Source: an uncultured Verrucomicrobiales bacterium (lineage in GTDB: Bacteria > Verrucomicrobiota > Verrucomicrobiia > Verrucomicrobiales > DEV007). From it: a DNA stretch of 23,108 bases. Position numbers and translations under genes: made by a program. The stretch spans positions 1 through 23,108 of the forward strand of contig CALKOM010000130.1 of NCBI GenBank assembly GCA_938091905.1, in the 5' to 3' direction. This document shows positions 1 to 7,609 of the stretch, piece by piece; positions within the stretch are counted from its first letter, which is position 1; each line of letters starts with the position of its first letter. Below the pieces are notes generated by a model. That model searched no databases, was not told where the DNA came from, and was given only the letters and a program-made list of their open reading frames with translations.

Positions 1-58
1 TTGATGATGGCCTCATTCCCACCGGTCTCATTTTCCTTTTCGGTATCCTCATTATTGA

Positions 59-79
59 GGCCCTCCGTCAGGTTTGCTG
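59..79 (+). repeat. Left terminal inverted repeat of the ISL3 element
   Basis: Exact reverse complement of 1260-1280. Begins with GG, as is typical of ISL3 ends. Confidence 0.93.
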
Positions 80-137
80 TGAGCAGGCAAGATGAATTGA
101 GGTGACACGCCCATTGAGATCACGCTGACTTAGGGGT

Positions 138-1271
138 GTGAAAGTCCTAAACATCAACGCTTGATATGATTTCGACGGGTATGTCGTGGAAGAGCTTAGC
201 TGCCAGAAATTGGGTGGTCAGATCAATCTGCGATTCGATCAACGCCGAAAGCTCCGCTGGCCCAATTGCCGAACGCCGCTGACGAAAAATCGATGCGGGA
301 GAGGATCGGTCTCCGACTCGCCCATCGCGAGTGGACTTGTCGTCTACATCACCTTCCCGGTTGTCCAAGGGATGTGTGCAGTGTGCCGACGCTTTGTCAC
401 CACACGTCCCAAGGAAATACATCCTACCAAAGAGGCGACATGGCGTTTGATGCGCCGAGTTTGTGAGATGGCAAGGCATGCTCCGGTGACAGCAGTGGCT
501 AAGATGATGGACCTCAGAGAGTCTACTGTTCGCCGCTACAACATTGAGGTCCTTAAGCTAGACCTTCCCGCACCAACACTCGATGGCACTGCGAGTACTA
601 ATCATCGATGAAAAGGCGATCAGGAAAGGACATGGCTACATGACCCTTGTTCTTAATGGAGAGACTGGCGAACTCTTGCACATGGCCGAAGGCAAGAAGA
701 AGCCTAGCCTGGAGTCCTTCTTTGAGAAACTTACCGAAGCTCCGAAGGCATGTATCGAAGCGGTCTGCACAGATCGAGCGGGAGCCTACCAAAGCGTCGT
801 TGGCGAACAGGTTCCCAAAGCAACCGTGGTCGATGATCGCTTTCATCTGCATCTCCATCTCAACGCGGCTGTCGATTCATCCTGCTCGCGAATGGAGAGC
901 ACCTAGATGATAGAGGAAGCGTCAGACCAAAAGCTCTCCAAGAGATCAATGAGAACATCACCACGGCCTACTTTCGAAAAGAGCAGTTCTGGGTGGTGCA
1001 CACTTACCGCTATCCAGGCTGTGCGAAGAAAGCATTGTTGCAGTGGTGCAACATGGCTGCCGAAAGCGGCCTATCACCATTTCAGAGACTAGCAAAAGGG
1101 TTCCGAAAGCAGGCGGACAAGATCGTGGCCTTCTGTAAACATCAAATCACTTCAGGAAAGATCGAAGGATTCAACAATCTCGTATCACGAGTGGTAGACC
1201 GAGCCGAAGGCATCACAGATCTTGACTACGCCTGGCTCAAGTTCCGACAGCTTTCTATCCAGCAAACCTGA
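138..1271 (+). pseudogene. ISL3-family transposase pseudogene
   Basis: GTG at 138 reads MKVLNINA*YDFDGYVVEEL (in-frame TGA 162-164). Zinc-finger remnant WPNC...CAVC and HTH-like PVTAVAKMMDLRESTVRR. +1 frameshift near 589 into LRVLIIDEKAIRKGHGYMTLV, then AVCTDRAGAY and DDRFHL. Break or deletion near 880-960. C-terminal ITSGKIEGFNN motif. The stop codon lies within the right IR. Confidence 0.92.
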
Positions 1272-1280
1272 CGGAGGGCC
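1260..1280 (-). repeat. Right terminal inverted repeat of the ISL3 element
   Basis: Exact reverse complement of 59-79. Confidence 0.93.
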
Positions 1281-1350
1281 AAAATTATCTAGAAGCTGGC
1301 ACTCAATCCCTCTCAAGAAGGAACACGCCATTAATCAACATATAATCCAC

Positions 1351-1910
1351 ATGTTTCAATCTCGTAATCTATCCATCTCAATCGTTCTCCTCACAATCCT
1401 GCCAATTGCGTCCAGCGTCACGGCTCAAGATGACCTAACACCAAAGTGCCCTGTGACCGGTAAACCCTCGAACGCAAAGTTCATCAAATCCTATGAGAAT
1501 AAGGCCTACTCCTTCTGCAGAGCGGACTGCGCGGCGGCTTCCAAGACGAAGCTGAGCGACAGCGAACACGGCCAGATCGGCAATCAATGCCACCGTCAAT
1601 CTGTTTTCCAAGAAGATCCTGGCAGACAAGCGTGTGAACGAATTCTTAGAGGACATCAACATGAAGCGCCGGATTAAGAAGCAGAAGGTGTTCATTTCCG
1701 CAGCACTCGGATGTCCTTAGCCCTGGACTAGAAAGGACCTACGGAAGGCCCACGCCAGCCTCGATCTGACAGTAGCAGATTTCGGAGTTATATCGCCAGA
1801 CACCTTCAAGCCACGCTTGAAGAGCTCAAGGTTGACGCCAAAGTCATGACTGTTGGGGCTCTACCAAAGACGCCGGTCTGAACAAGGACGCCAAGCCAAA
1901 GGCAGAGTAA
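1351..1910 (+). pseudogene. Pseudogene: signal peptide + YHS/TRASH-like domain + group 1 truncated hemoglobin (trHbN/GlbN-like)
   Basis: ATG 1351 gives MFQSRNLSISIVLLTILPIASSVTAQ (signal peptide) then CPVTGKP...YENKAYSFCRADC (YHS-like). Shifting frame at ~1580 gives AINATVNLFSKKILADKRVNEFLEDINMKRRIKKQKVFISAALGCP*PWTRKDLRKAHASLDLTVADFGV. A shift at ~1791 gives IARHLQATLEELKVDAKVMTV. A shift at ~1856 gives GSTKDAGLNKDAKPKAE* (TAA 1908-1910). This follows the group 1 truncated globin pattern, with the proximal His codon at 1751. Confidence 0.85.
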
Positions 1911-1920
1911 CCCTCTGGGT

Positions 1921-1949
1921 TTGCTTCTGCCCGGGCGAAAGCGTAGGCT
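1921..1949 (+). promoter_or_regulatory. Putative sigma70-type promoter of the 1959 gene
   Basis: TTGCTT (1921-1926), 17 bp, TAGGCT (1944-1949), ending 9 bp before the ATG. Confidence 0.4.
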
Positions 1950-1958
1950 ATCGGCCAG

Positions 1959-3395
1959 ATGGCCGCCCCTTGTTCGTTTACCTTCCTCAGCCTGGTGGCA
2001 CTGACCACCATGGCCCTAGGCCAGTTTGGAGGTGGCCCTGAAGATGCACCGGATGACTATGGTGGTTCGCCCAAACGGGCAGCAGATGCCTCCTTGCTTG
2101 ACCAATCAAATCGCGCCAAGCACGCCAGCGATGCGAAGATGCTCGTGTTACCGGGATTGCTTGCTAACAAAGAAATAAAACGGGTGAGCATTCTCGCAGA
2201 AGCAACGGGCTTAGAGGCGGAGACTGTCATCGAGTTCCTTCTTATCGATCAGTCATGCGGTCGAGGCTACGAGTCTCTTCTCTGGTCATTTGCCAAGCCA
2301 AGCGACGTCCATCGCGCCCTAGAATTCATTGGAATGAAGTCTGGCACGCCATTCCACCCTGAGGCCTTACAGTTCTGGCCAAAGGGCGAACGTGTCGTCG
2401 CAACAGTCTTACCTGAAAACGATGGCACCGCCACAAAGCCCATGCGGCTTGAGAAACTCATCTACGATAAGGAGACCGGCACTACCATGGAAGAGACCGG
2501 TCTGGTGTTCACTGGATCCTATCGGATTCCGGAGGACAGCTCGTTCACCCCTGGTGCCTACGCGGCGGATGTCATCGAGCCAAAGTCTATTGGCTCAATC
2601 TTCAACCACCGCCTCACCGTGCTTGACCTCCCCGTGCGAGCCCCGAAGCACGACGTCTATGGAAAGCGCTTGGTCAATCCTGACGTGATGTTGAGAAAGC
2701 ACCAGCTCGTCACCTTGACGCTGGAGCCAGAACGTAAAGATGGGCAGCGGCGAACGTTAGACTTGCAACTCGCATTTACCGGCAATCAGCGACAGCCAAC
2801 TGTCCTTAACCAAGTAGGCGACGAGACTCCTCTTGCGGCCGGTGAATTGGTAAACGTCCTTGCCTCGTTTGAGAAACTCTCCAAGGAGAATCGTGATGTG
2901 TTCGTTCAGCTAGACTATCGGCCTGAGCTCACGCTTTCCGATGCCCAACGTTTCTCTCGGCTCATCAAAGCGATCGATACGGATCAAGGAATTCGAGTGG
3001 AGCCACCGAAGAAAGGCCAACTCTTTTATGAGGCCTTCTGCCCGCGAGACGATATGTTGGATCGCAAGGCCCGTTATGCTCATCCCTGGGAACTCGAACT
3101 CAGCCGTAACTCAGAGCAAGACCCGCAAGGAAAACTACTACTTTATGAGTCCGAAGTCTCTGGCGATGAGGATATCCTATCGTCCCAGAGTTGGAAGGTG
3201 ACTGATAGAGCTGCTCTTAAGAACCAGATTGCGAAACTCACGGCGGCACGAGCCGACGACACTGATCAACTTCCCATTCCCAACGTCCTATTCGTCCACG
3301 CCATGGCTGACTTTCTCTATAGAGACGTGATGAATTTCATCGATGGAGTCCTTCCCGAGCCTTCGACGATCTACGTCTTCGTGAAGAAACCCTAA
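1959..3395 (+). CDS. Exported protein of unknown function with a YdjY-like domain
   Basis: 478-aa ORF with a hydrophobic N-terminal signal (FTFLSLVALTTMALG-Q). Segment IEFLLIDQSCGRGYESLLWSFAKPSDVHRALEFIGMKSG...GLVFTGS resembles YdjY-domain proteins common in PVC bacteria. Family call is from memory. Confidence 0.65.
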   Translation: MAAPCSFTFLSLVALTTMALGQFGGGPEDAPDDYGGSPKRAADASLLDQSNRAKHASDAKMLVLPGLLANKEIKRVSILAEATGLEAETVIEFLLIDQSCGRGYESLLWSFAKPSDVHRALEFIGMKSGTPFHPEALQFWPKGERVVATVLPENDGTATKPMRLEKLIYDKETGTTMEETGLVFTGSYRIPEDSSFTPGAYAADVIEPKSIGSIFNHRLTVLDLPVRAPKHDVYGKRLVNPDVMLRKHQLVTLTLEPERKDGQRRTLDLQLAFTGNQRQPTVLNQVGDETPLAAGELVNVLASFEKLSKENRDVFVQLDYRPELTLSDAQRFSRLIKAIDTDQGIRVEPPKKGQLFYEAFCPRDDMLDRKARYAHPWELELSRNSEQDPQGKLLLYESEVSGDEDILSSQSWKVTDRAALKNQIAKLTAARADDTDQLPIPNVLFVHAMADFLYRDVMNFIDGVLPEPSTIYVFVKKP

Positions 3396-3396
3396 T

Positions 3397-5055
3397 TCAT
3401 TCTCCCTCCGCCGCGACCGGAGGCAAGAAGCTCGAGGACAGGTTGTTGTCCGCAGGATTGTTGTCCGTTTGTGAACCCGGCAAGGTTAAGCTCGTGGCAT
3501 AGTCGGCGCTGCCTTGCAACTCGGCATGCCGCACATCGACAATCACTTCACGAGAGACCACTTCGCCCGGTTTCATTGCTCCCAACGTGAAGGTTTGCTC
3601 TCCGACAGGAGAGTCAACTTTCAGGGTACTGCCATAGATGATTTCTGTCCCGCGGTTCTCTGCCACCACTTGGAGAATCTCTCGACCATTGTCTTGGATA
3701 TCACCTGCGTAAAAATGACTCGCGACGGCAACATCATAGATTCCTGAGGTCCCTGCATCAACAACCCGCCCCACATTGAGTATACCTTCTCCGTAAATTG
3801 GATCAATTCCGGGCGCCCCGGCTTCATTCGAGTGCGCCAACAACAGATCGTAGGCCTGCTGACCAGTGATGCTCGGATCCCAAGACATAATCGCGGCAAT
3901 CGAGCCAGAAACAAAGGGAGCACTAGCAGAAGTTCCCGTGAACTGAATGACTTGCTCATCCGGCCACGCCGCAGGGACCGCATAGCCAGGAGCGGACACA
4001 CTTAGGTCGTCCGCCGTATTTGAAAAATCCAGGTGCTGCCCGGCCGCATCGACCGCTCCCACAGAAATAACCCCCTCATAAGCTGCAGGATAAGTGAGGC
4101 CTGGCACGCCATTGTTTCCGGCAGCCGCCACAATCGTCGATCCTGATGCAATCGCGGTTTCCACTGCCTCCTCAACCACATTGCTATCGCCAGCCGAGCC
4201 CAGGCTAATATTGATGACATCGGCACCAGCCTCAGCAGCAGCCAAGATTCCTTCTGCAAGCGTGAAACTATCACTATTTCCATTTGCATCCGCCACACGG
4301 TAACTCAAGATCTCGGCCGCTGGTGCTACCCCAGGGGCGGCATCATGCTGACCGGCCGCAACAGAGGCTACTGCCGTACCATGACCATTGACCTCAATGA
4401 TTGTCGCATCCACTGCAGACGCGTTCTCGCCATCGGCAACAAAGTCCTGAGTATTACTGACACTCACCTCTCCAAACGTTGGATGTTCCAAGATCCCCGT
4501 ATCGATCACGGCAATCTGGCGGCCCTCTCCCCACGTCTCGTTGTCTTGAATGCCCAACCACTCCATAGCAGAACTGCCAAAGGGCACCGCACCGTCCTGG
4601 ATGCCCGGCCCTTGTGGATCTGGCGGAGCAGGCAACTGCACGAGGAAGTTTGGACTCGTATCCGCATTCTCGGGGATATCGTTGAGATCATCGATGTTCT
4701 CATACCCGACACGTGCTGCGCGCAACGAAGGGATGCTTCCAAGCAGCCTCAACTTGCCGTTATTTTTGAGGAAATCCTCGAAGTCCGCATCGGTCTTGAA
4801 CCGGAGAATGGCTTCGTAAGGGATAGCATTCGGGTCGATGAGGCGACTGATGATGTGCCGCAATCGATTGCTCCCGGGGGCCAAGTCTCCAGACGGCATC
4901 TCTGGTGCTGTCGTCCAAGCCACAGCAGGTTGCGGTGCCTCTGATGGCCGGCCAAATGCGCTCAGCACGTCCATGAATTCTCCCCGACGAAGCCAGAGAA
5001 GGCTCGCAAAGATCACAAGGATAAAGGCTGCTAAACCATACCAAAGGCGTTTCAT
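3397..5055 (-). CDS. S8 family (subtilisin-like) serine peptidase, N-terminally membrane anchored
   Basis: Catalytic triad motifs IAVIDTG, NGHGTAVA and GTSASAPFV, plus oxyanion AAAGN. N-terminal TM segment WYGLAAFILVIFASLLWL and a C-terminal CARDB/Ig-like tail (DNNPADNN). ATG 5055 preferred over TTG 5091. Confidence 0.93.
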   Translation of the reverse strand: MKRLWYGLAAFILVIFASLLWLRRGEFMDVLSAFGRPSEAPQPAVAWTTAPEMPSGDLAPGSNRLRHIISRLIDPNAIPYEAILRFKTDADFEDFLKNNGKLRLLGSIPSLRAARVGYENIDDLNDIPENADTSPNFLVQLPAPPDPQGPGIQDGAVPFGSSAMEWLGIQDNETWGEGRQIAVIDTGILEHPTFGEVSVSNTQDFVADGENASAVDATIIEVNGHGTAVASVAAGQHDAAPGVAPAAEILSYRVADANGNSDSFTLAEGILAAAEAGADVINISLGSAGDSNVVEEAVETAIASGSTIVAAAGNNGVPGLTYPAAYEGVISVGAVDAAGQHLDFSNTADDLSVSAPGYAVPAAWPDEQVIQFTGTSASAPFVSGSIAAIMSWDPSITGQQAYDLLLAHSNEAGAPGIDPIYGEGILNVGRVVDAGTSGIYDVAVASHFYAGDIQDNGREILQVVAENRGTEIIYGSTLKVDSPVGEQTFTLGAMKPGEVVSREVIVDVRHAELQGSADYATSLTLPGSQTDNNPADNNLSSSFLPPVAAEGE

Positions 5056-5136
5056 CAGTGCAGGGTGCGGGGAAAAAGGTTGAACTTCCAACTAGGATAG
5101 CGTGGATAAGAGGCATTTCCGCCTAAATTTATTCCA

Positions 5137-5844
5137 ATGCCACCTCTCATTCTCTTGACCAACGACGACGGCATTGATGCGGCAGGGATTCAAGCTCTGG
5201 AATCAGCACTTCCTGAAACCTGGGAATGCCATGTGGTGGCTCCTACCAGCGTGATGTCACAGTGTGGGCATCGCGTCACCACCGATGAGCCTCTTCGCGT
5301 GCATGCTCGCGGAGAGAATCGCCATGCGGTCGAAGGCACGCCCGCAGATTGCGTGCGGCTCGCCCTGACACATCTACTACCGCGTCAGCCAGACTGGGTT
5401 CTTTCTGGAATCAATGAAGGCGGCAATTTAGGAGCCGATATCTATGTCTCAGGCACCGTCGCTGCCGTCCGTGAAGGCGCCTTTCTCGGAGTTCCTGGCA
5501 TTGCGCTCTCGCATTTCAAGAAGCGAGGTTTCGACTTTGATTGGGCTTGGGCGGCCCGCTGCGCCTGGGAGGCGTTGGAAGAGCTCCTCACGGTTCAGTT
5601 GGGACGAGGGGAACATTGGAACATCAACTTGCCACATGTTTCGGCAAACGATGTCCCTCCTGATCGTGTCCATTGCGAGCCCAGCCAACATCCCCTTCCA
5701 GTAAGTTTTCAACCGTCAACACCGGAGGGTGACGTCCGTGAATTCCTGTATGACGGCGACTATCCCAATCGACTGCGCGAACAAGGCTCTGACATTGAGA
5801 TCTGCTTTGGTGGTCGAATTTCGATTTCCAAACTCTCGCTCTGA
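5137..5844 (+). CDS. surE: 5'/3'-nucleotidase SurE
   Basis: Motifs ILLTNDDGIDAAGI, GTPADCV and VLSGINEGGNLG..YVSGTVAA. Confidence 0.95.
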   Translation: MPPLILLTNDDGIDAAGIQALESALPETWECHVVAPTSVMSQCGHRVTTDEPLRVHARGENRHAVEGTPADCVRLALTHLLPRQPDWVLSGINEGGNLGADIYVSGTVAAVREGAFLGVPGIALSHFKKRGFDFDWAWAARCAWEALEELLTVQLGRGEHWNINLPHVSANDVPPDRVHCEPSQHPLPVSFQPSTPEGDVREFLYDGDYPNRLREQGSDIEICFGGRISISKLSL

Positions 5845-5850
5845 TTCGGC

Positions 5851-5879
5851 TTCACGTTTGCGTGCGGGCTCGTTACCCT
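5851..5879 (+). promoter_or_regulatory. Putative promoter giving a leaderless transcript of the Tat-signal gene
   Basis: TTCACG (5851-5856), 17 bp, TACCCT (5874-5879). ATG lies 6 bp downstream and there is no Shine-Dalgarno. Confidence 0.4.
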
Positions 5880-5885
5880 TCTTGC

Positions 5886-7154
5886 ATGAAAACGAATCGA
5901 CGCGACTTTCTCCGTCAACTTAGCGCGCTATCTGCTGTCGCAGCAACGTCTGCCTCCGCAGTCGAGCCGAGTGCTCGCAAGAAGGTGGCCTTTCTCGGCA
6001 CGGAGGTGCGCCAACATTCCCACGCCCAGCACTTCCTCGATCGGCTTACCCTCGGGTATGGCTGGCGAGGCGCTTGGCAAATGCCGCGAGTCGATGTCGC
6101 TTCCGTTTATTTAGACCAGTTTCCGGATGGGGATCTTGGAAGAGCGCGGCTTGAAAAGCATGGCCTCGCCCTGTCCTCTTCTATCGAAGCGGCCTTGACA
6201 CTAGGGACCGACAAACTCGCCGTGGATGGCGTTGTCATCATCGCAGAACACGGCGACTATCCTGACAATGACATGGGGCAAAAGCTCTACCCACGTTACG
6301 CCTGGTTCAAGGAATGCGTCAGGGTATTCGAGAAGACCGGCAGAGCCGTCCCTGTTTTCAATGACAAGCATCTTTCGACCACTTGGAAAGAATGTGTAGA
6401 GATGGTGGAGGACTCAAAACGTCTCAACTTCCCCTTCTTCTCAGGCTCTTCGTTGCCAGTCACACGACGCCTGCCCGCGATTGACCTTCCTCACAATACA
6501 CCACTGAAGGAAAGTGTCTGCGTTGCCTACGGCGGCGTCGACAGCTACGATATTCACGCACTTGAAACCGCTCAGTGCATGTCCGAACGCCGTCTCGGTG
6601 GAGAGATCGGAATCAAGCAGGTCCACGCTCTGAAAGATGCAGCACTCTGGGAAGCGATGGCAAAGGAGGATCGCAAAGACACGCGCCGCCTCATGGTTGC
6701 AGCCCTTACCCGCAGCCACAACCTTCCCGTAGAGGGCGGCTACTACACGGATCGAATCACCTTCGAATGGGCTCGGGACACCTTCTCAAAAGCAACCGGA
6801 TATTTCATCGAACACTTGGACGGCTTTCTTACTAGCATGTTCCTTGTTAACATCCGTGACTTCAACTACGCGGGCCTCCGAGCCGACACGGACGAGATCA
6901 TCTCCTGCCAAATGTACCTGCCCATGCCCACTCATGGCTCGACCACGGCAGACTTCTTTCACCCCTTGGTAAGACACATCGAGGACACCGTGATCACAGG
7001 CCAAGTCCCTTATCCCATTGAGCGCTCTTTGCTCACCTCGGGAATGACTCTAGCAGGTGTCGAGTCACTGCACCGAGGACAGATTCCTATTGCCACGCCC
7101 GAGATGAAGGTTCGCTACTCCGTGGGTGCCAAGTCCACCTTCTGGCAGGATTAA
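5886..7154 (+). CDS. Tat-exported conserved hypothetical protein, possibly Gfo/Idh/MocA-like Rossmann fold
   Basis: ATG 5886 gives MKTNRRDFLRQLSALSAVAATSASA (twin-arginine signal). Segments SIEAALTLGTDKLAVDGVVIIAEHGDYP, PVFNDKHLS and YDIHALE recall the Gfo/Idh/MocA layout. Confidence 0.7.
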   Translation: MKTNRRDFLRQLSALSAVAATSASAVEPSARKKVAFLGTEVRQHSHAQHFLDRLTLGYGWRGAWQMPRVDVASVYLDQFPDGDLGRARLEKHGLALSSSIEAALTLGTDKLAVDGVVIIAEHGDYPDNDMGQKLYPRYAWFKECVRVFEKTGRAVPVFNDKHLSTTWKECVEMVEDSKRLNFPFFSGSSLPVTRRLPAIDLPHNTPLKESVCVAYGGVDSYDIHALETAQCMSERRLGGEIGIKQVHALKDAALWEAMAKEDRKDTRRLMVAALTRSHNLPVEGGYYTDRITFEWARDTFSKATGYFIEHLDGFLTSMFLVNIRDFNYAGLRADTDEIISCQMYLPMPTHGSTTADFFHPLVRHIEDTVITGQVPYPIERSLLTSGMTLAGVESLHRGQIPIATPEMKVRYSVGAKSTFWQD

Positions 7155-7165
7155 GCAGATCTCGC

Positions 7166-7194
7166 TTGGACTCGGTCGAGACTCGGCCTAAGGT
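7166..7194 (+). promoter_or_regulatory. Putative promoter giving a leaderless transcript of the ABM-domain gene
   Basis: TTGGAC (7166-7171), 17 bp, TAAGGT (7189-7194), with ATG at 7200. Confidence 0.45.
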
Positions 7195-7199
7195 CCATT

Positions 7200-7571
7200 A
7201 TGGCTGAGCATAAGAACATAGTTAGTATTCATCCCTACTTTCGCCCCCACGAAGGAAAGCGCGACGCATTTCTCGCCCTGCTCCCGCAGTTTGTCGAACG
7301 CACAGCGACCGAGTCTGCCTGCCTTTATTACGATTTCTCGATGAGCGACGAACTCATTCACTGCCGCGAGGCCTACATAGGCGCAGCAGGAGCCGCCGCC
7401 CATCTAGAGAATGTCGGCGATCTCTTGGAGAAAGCCTCCGAGTTAGCTGACTTAGAGCAGCTCGAGATCCACGGTCCCGCCGAAGAACTTGATCAGCTTC
7501 GCGAGGGCTTAGAGCCTCTCAACCCCGCTTGGTTCATTCACCAGACAGGGCTTGAGAAGGTGGGCCTGTAG
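7200..7571 (+). CDS. Antibiotic biosynthesis monooxygenase (ABM, dimeric alpha/beta barrel) family protein
   Basis: 123 aa with the ABM-type pattern [15 protein letters not shown]...[12 protein letters not shown]...REAY...AAAHLEN. Confidence 0.75.
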   Translation: MAEHKNIVSIHPYFRPHEGKRDAFLALLPQFVERTATESACLYYDFSMSDELIHCREAYIGAAGAAAHLENVGDLLEKASELADLEQLEIHGPAEELDQLREGLEPLNPAWFIHQTGLEKVGL

Positions 7572-7609
7572 ATCAGGTGCCACTATCTCTTCCCAGCGTC
7601 GCCGACCCC

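Larger units (their letters stand above)
59..1280 (+). mobile_element. ISL3-family insertion sequence, degraded (1222 bp)
   Basis: Perfect 21-bp terminal inverted repeats: GGCCCTCCGTCAGGTTTGCTG (59-79) and CAGCAAACCTGACGGAGGGCC (1260-1280). They enclose ISL3-type transposase fragments. No matching target-site duplication (left flank ATTATTGA, right flank AAAATTAT). Confidence 0.92.

Noticed and set aside
1..58. Possible interrupted gene at the window start (frame 3 reads DDGLIPTGLIFLFGILII)
   Set aside because: Too short to assign strand or product, and no convincing continuation after the IS at 1281.
162..600. In-frame TGA and +1 shift in the ISL3 transposase as recoding (readthrough or programmed frameshift)
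   Set aside because: ISL3 transposases are single ORFs, no slippery site is evident, and several independent lesions point to decay.
1222..1677. 151-aa ORF as an intact gene
   Set aside because: It starts inside the IS, and its last ~30 codons are out of frame with the globin. It is an artefact of the pseudogene.
4345..4944. 199-aa plus-strand ORF and other antisense or overlapping ORFs (e.g. 17343-17846, 21154-21663)
   Set aside because: Shadow ORFs opposite well-supported genes, with no recognisable motifs.
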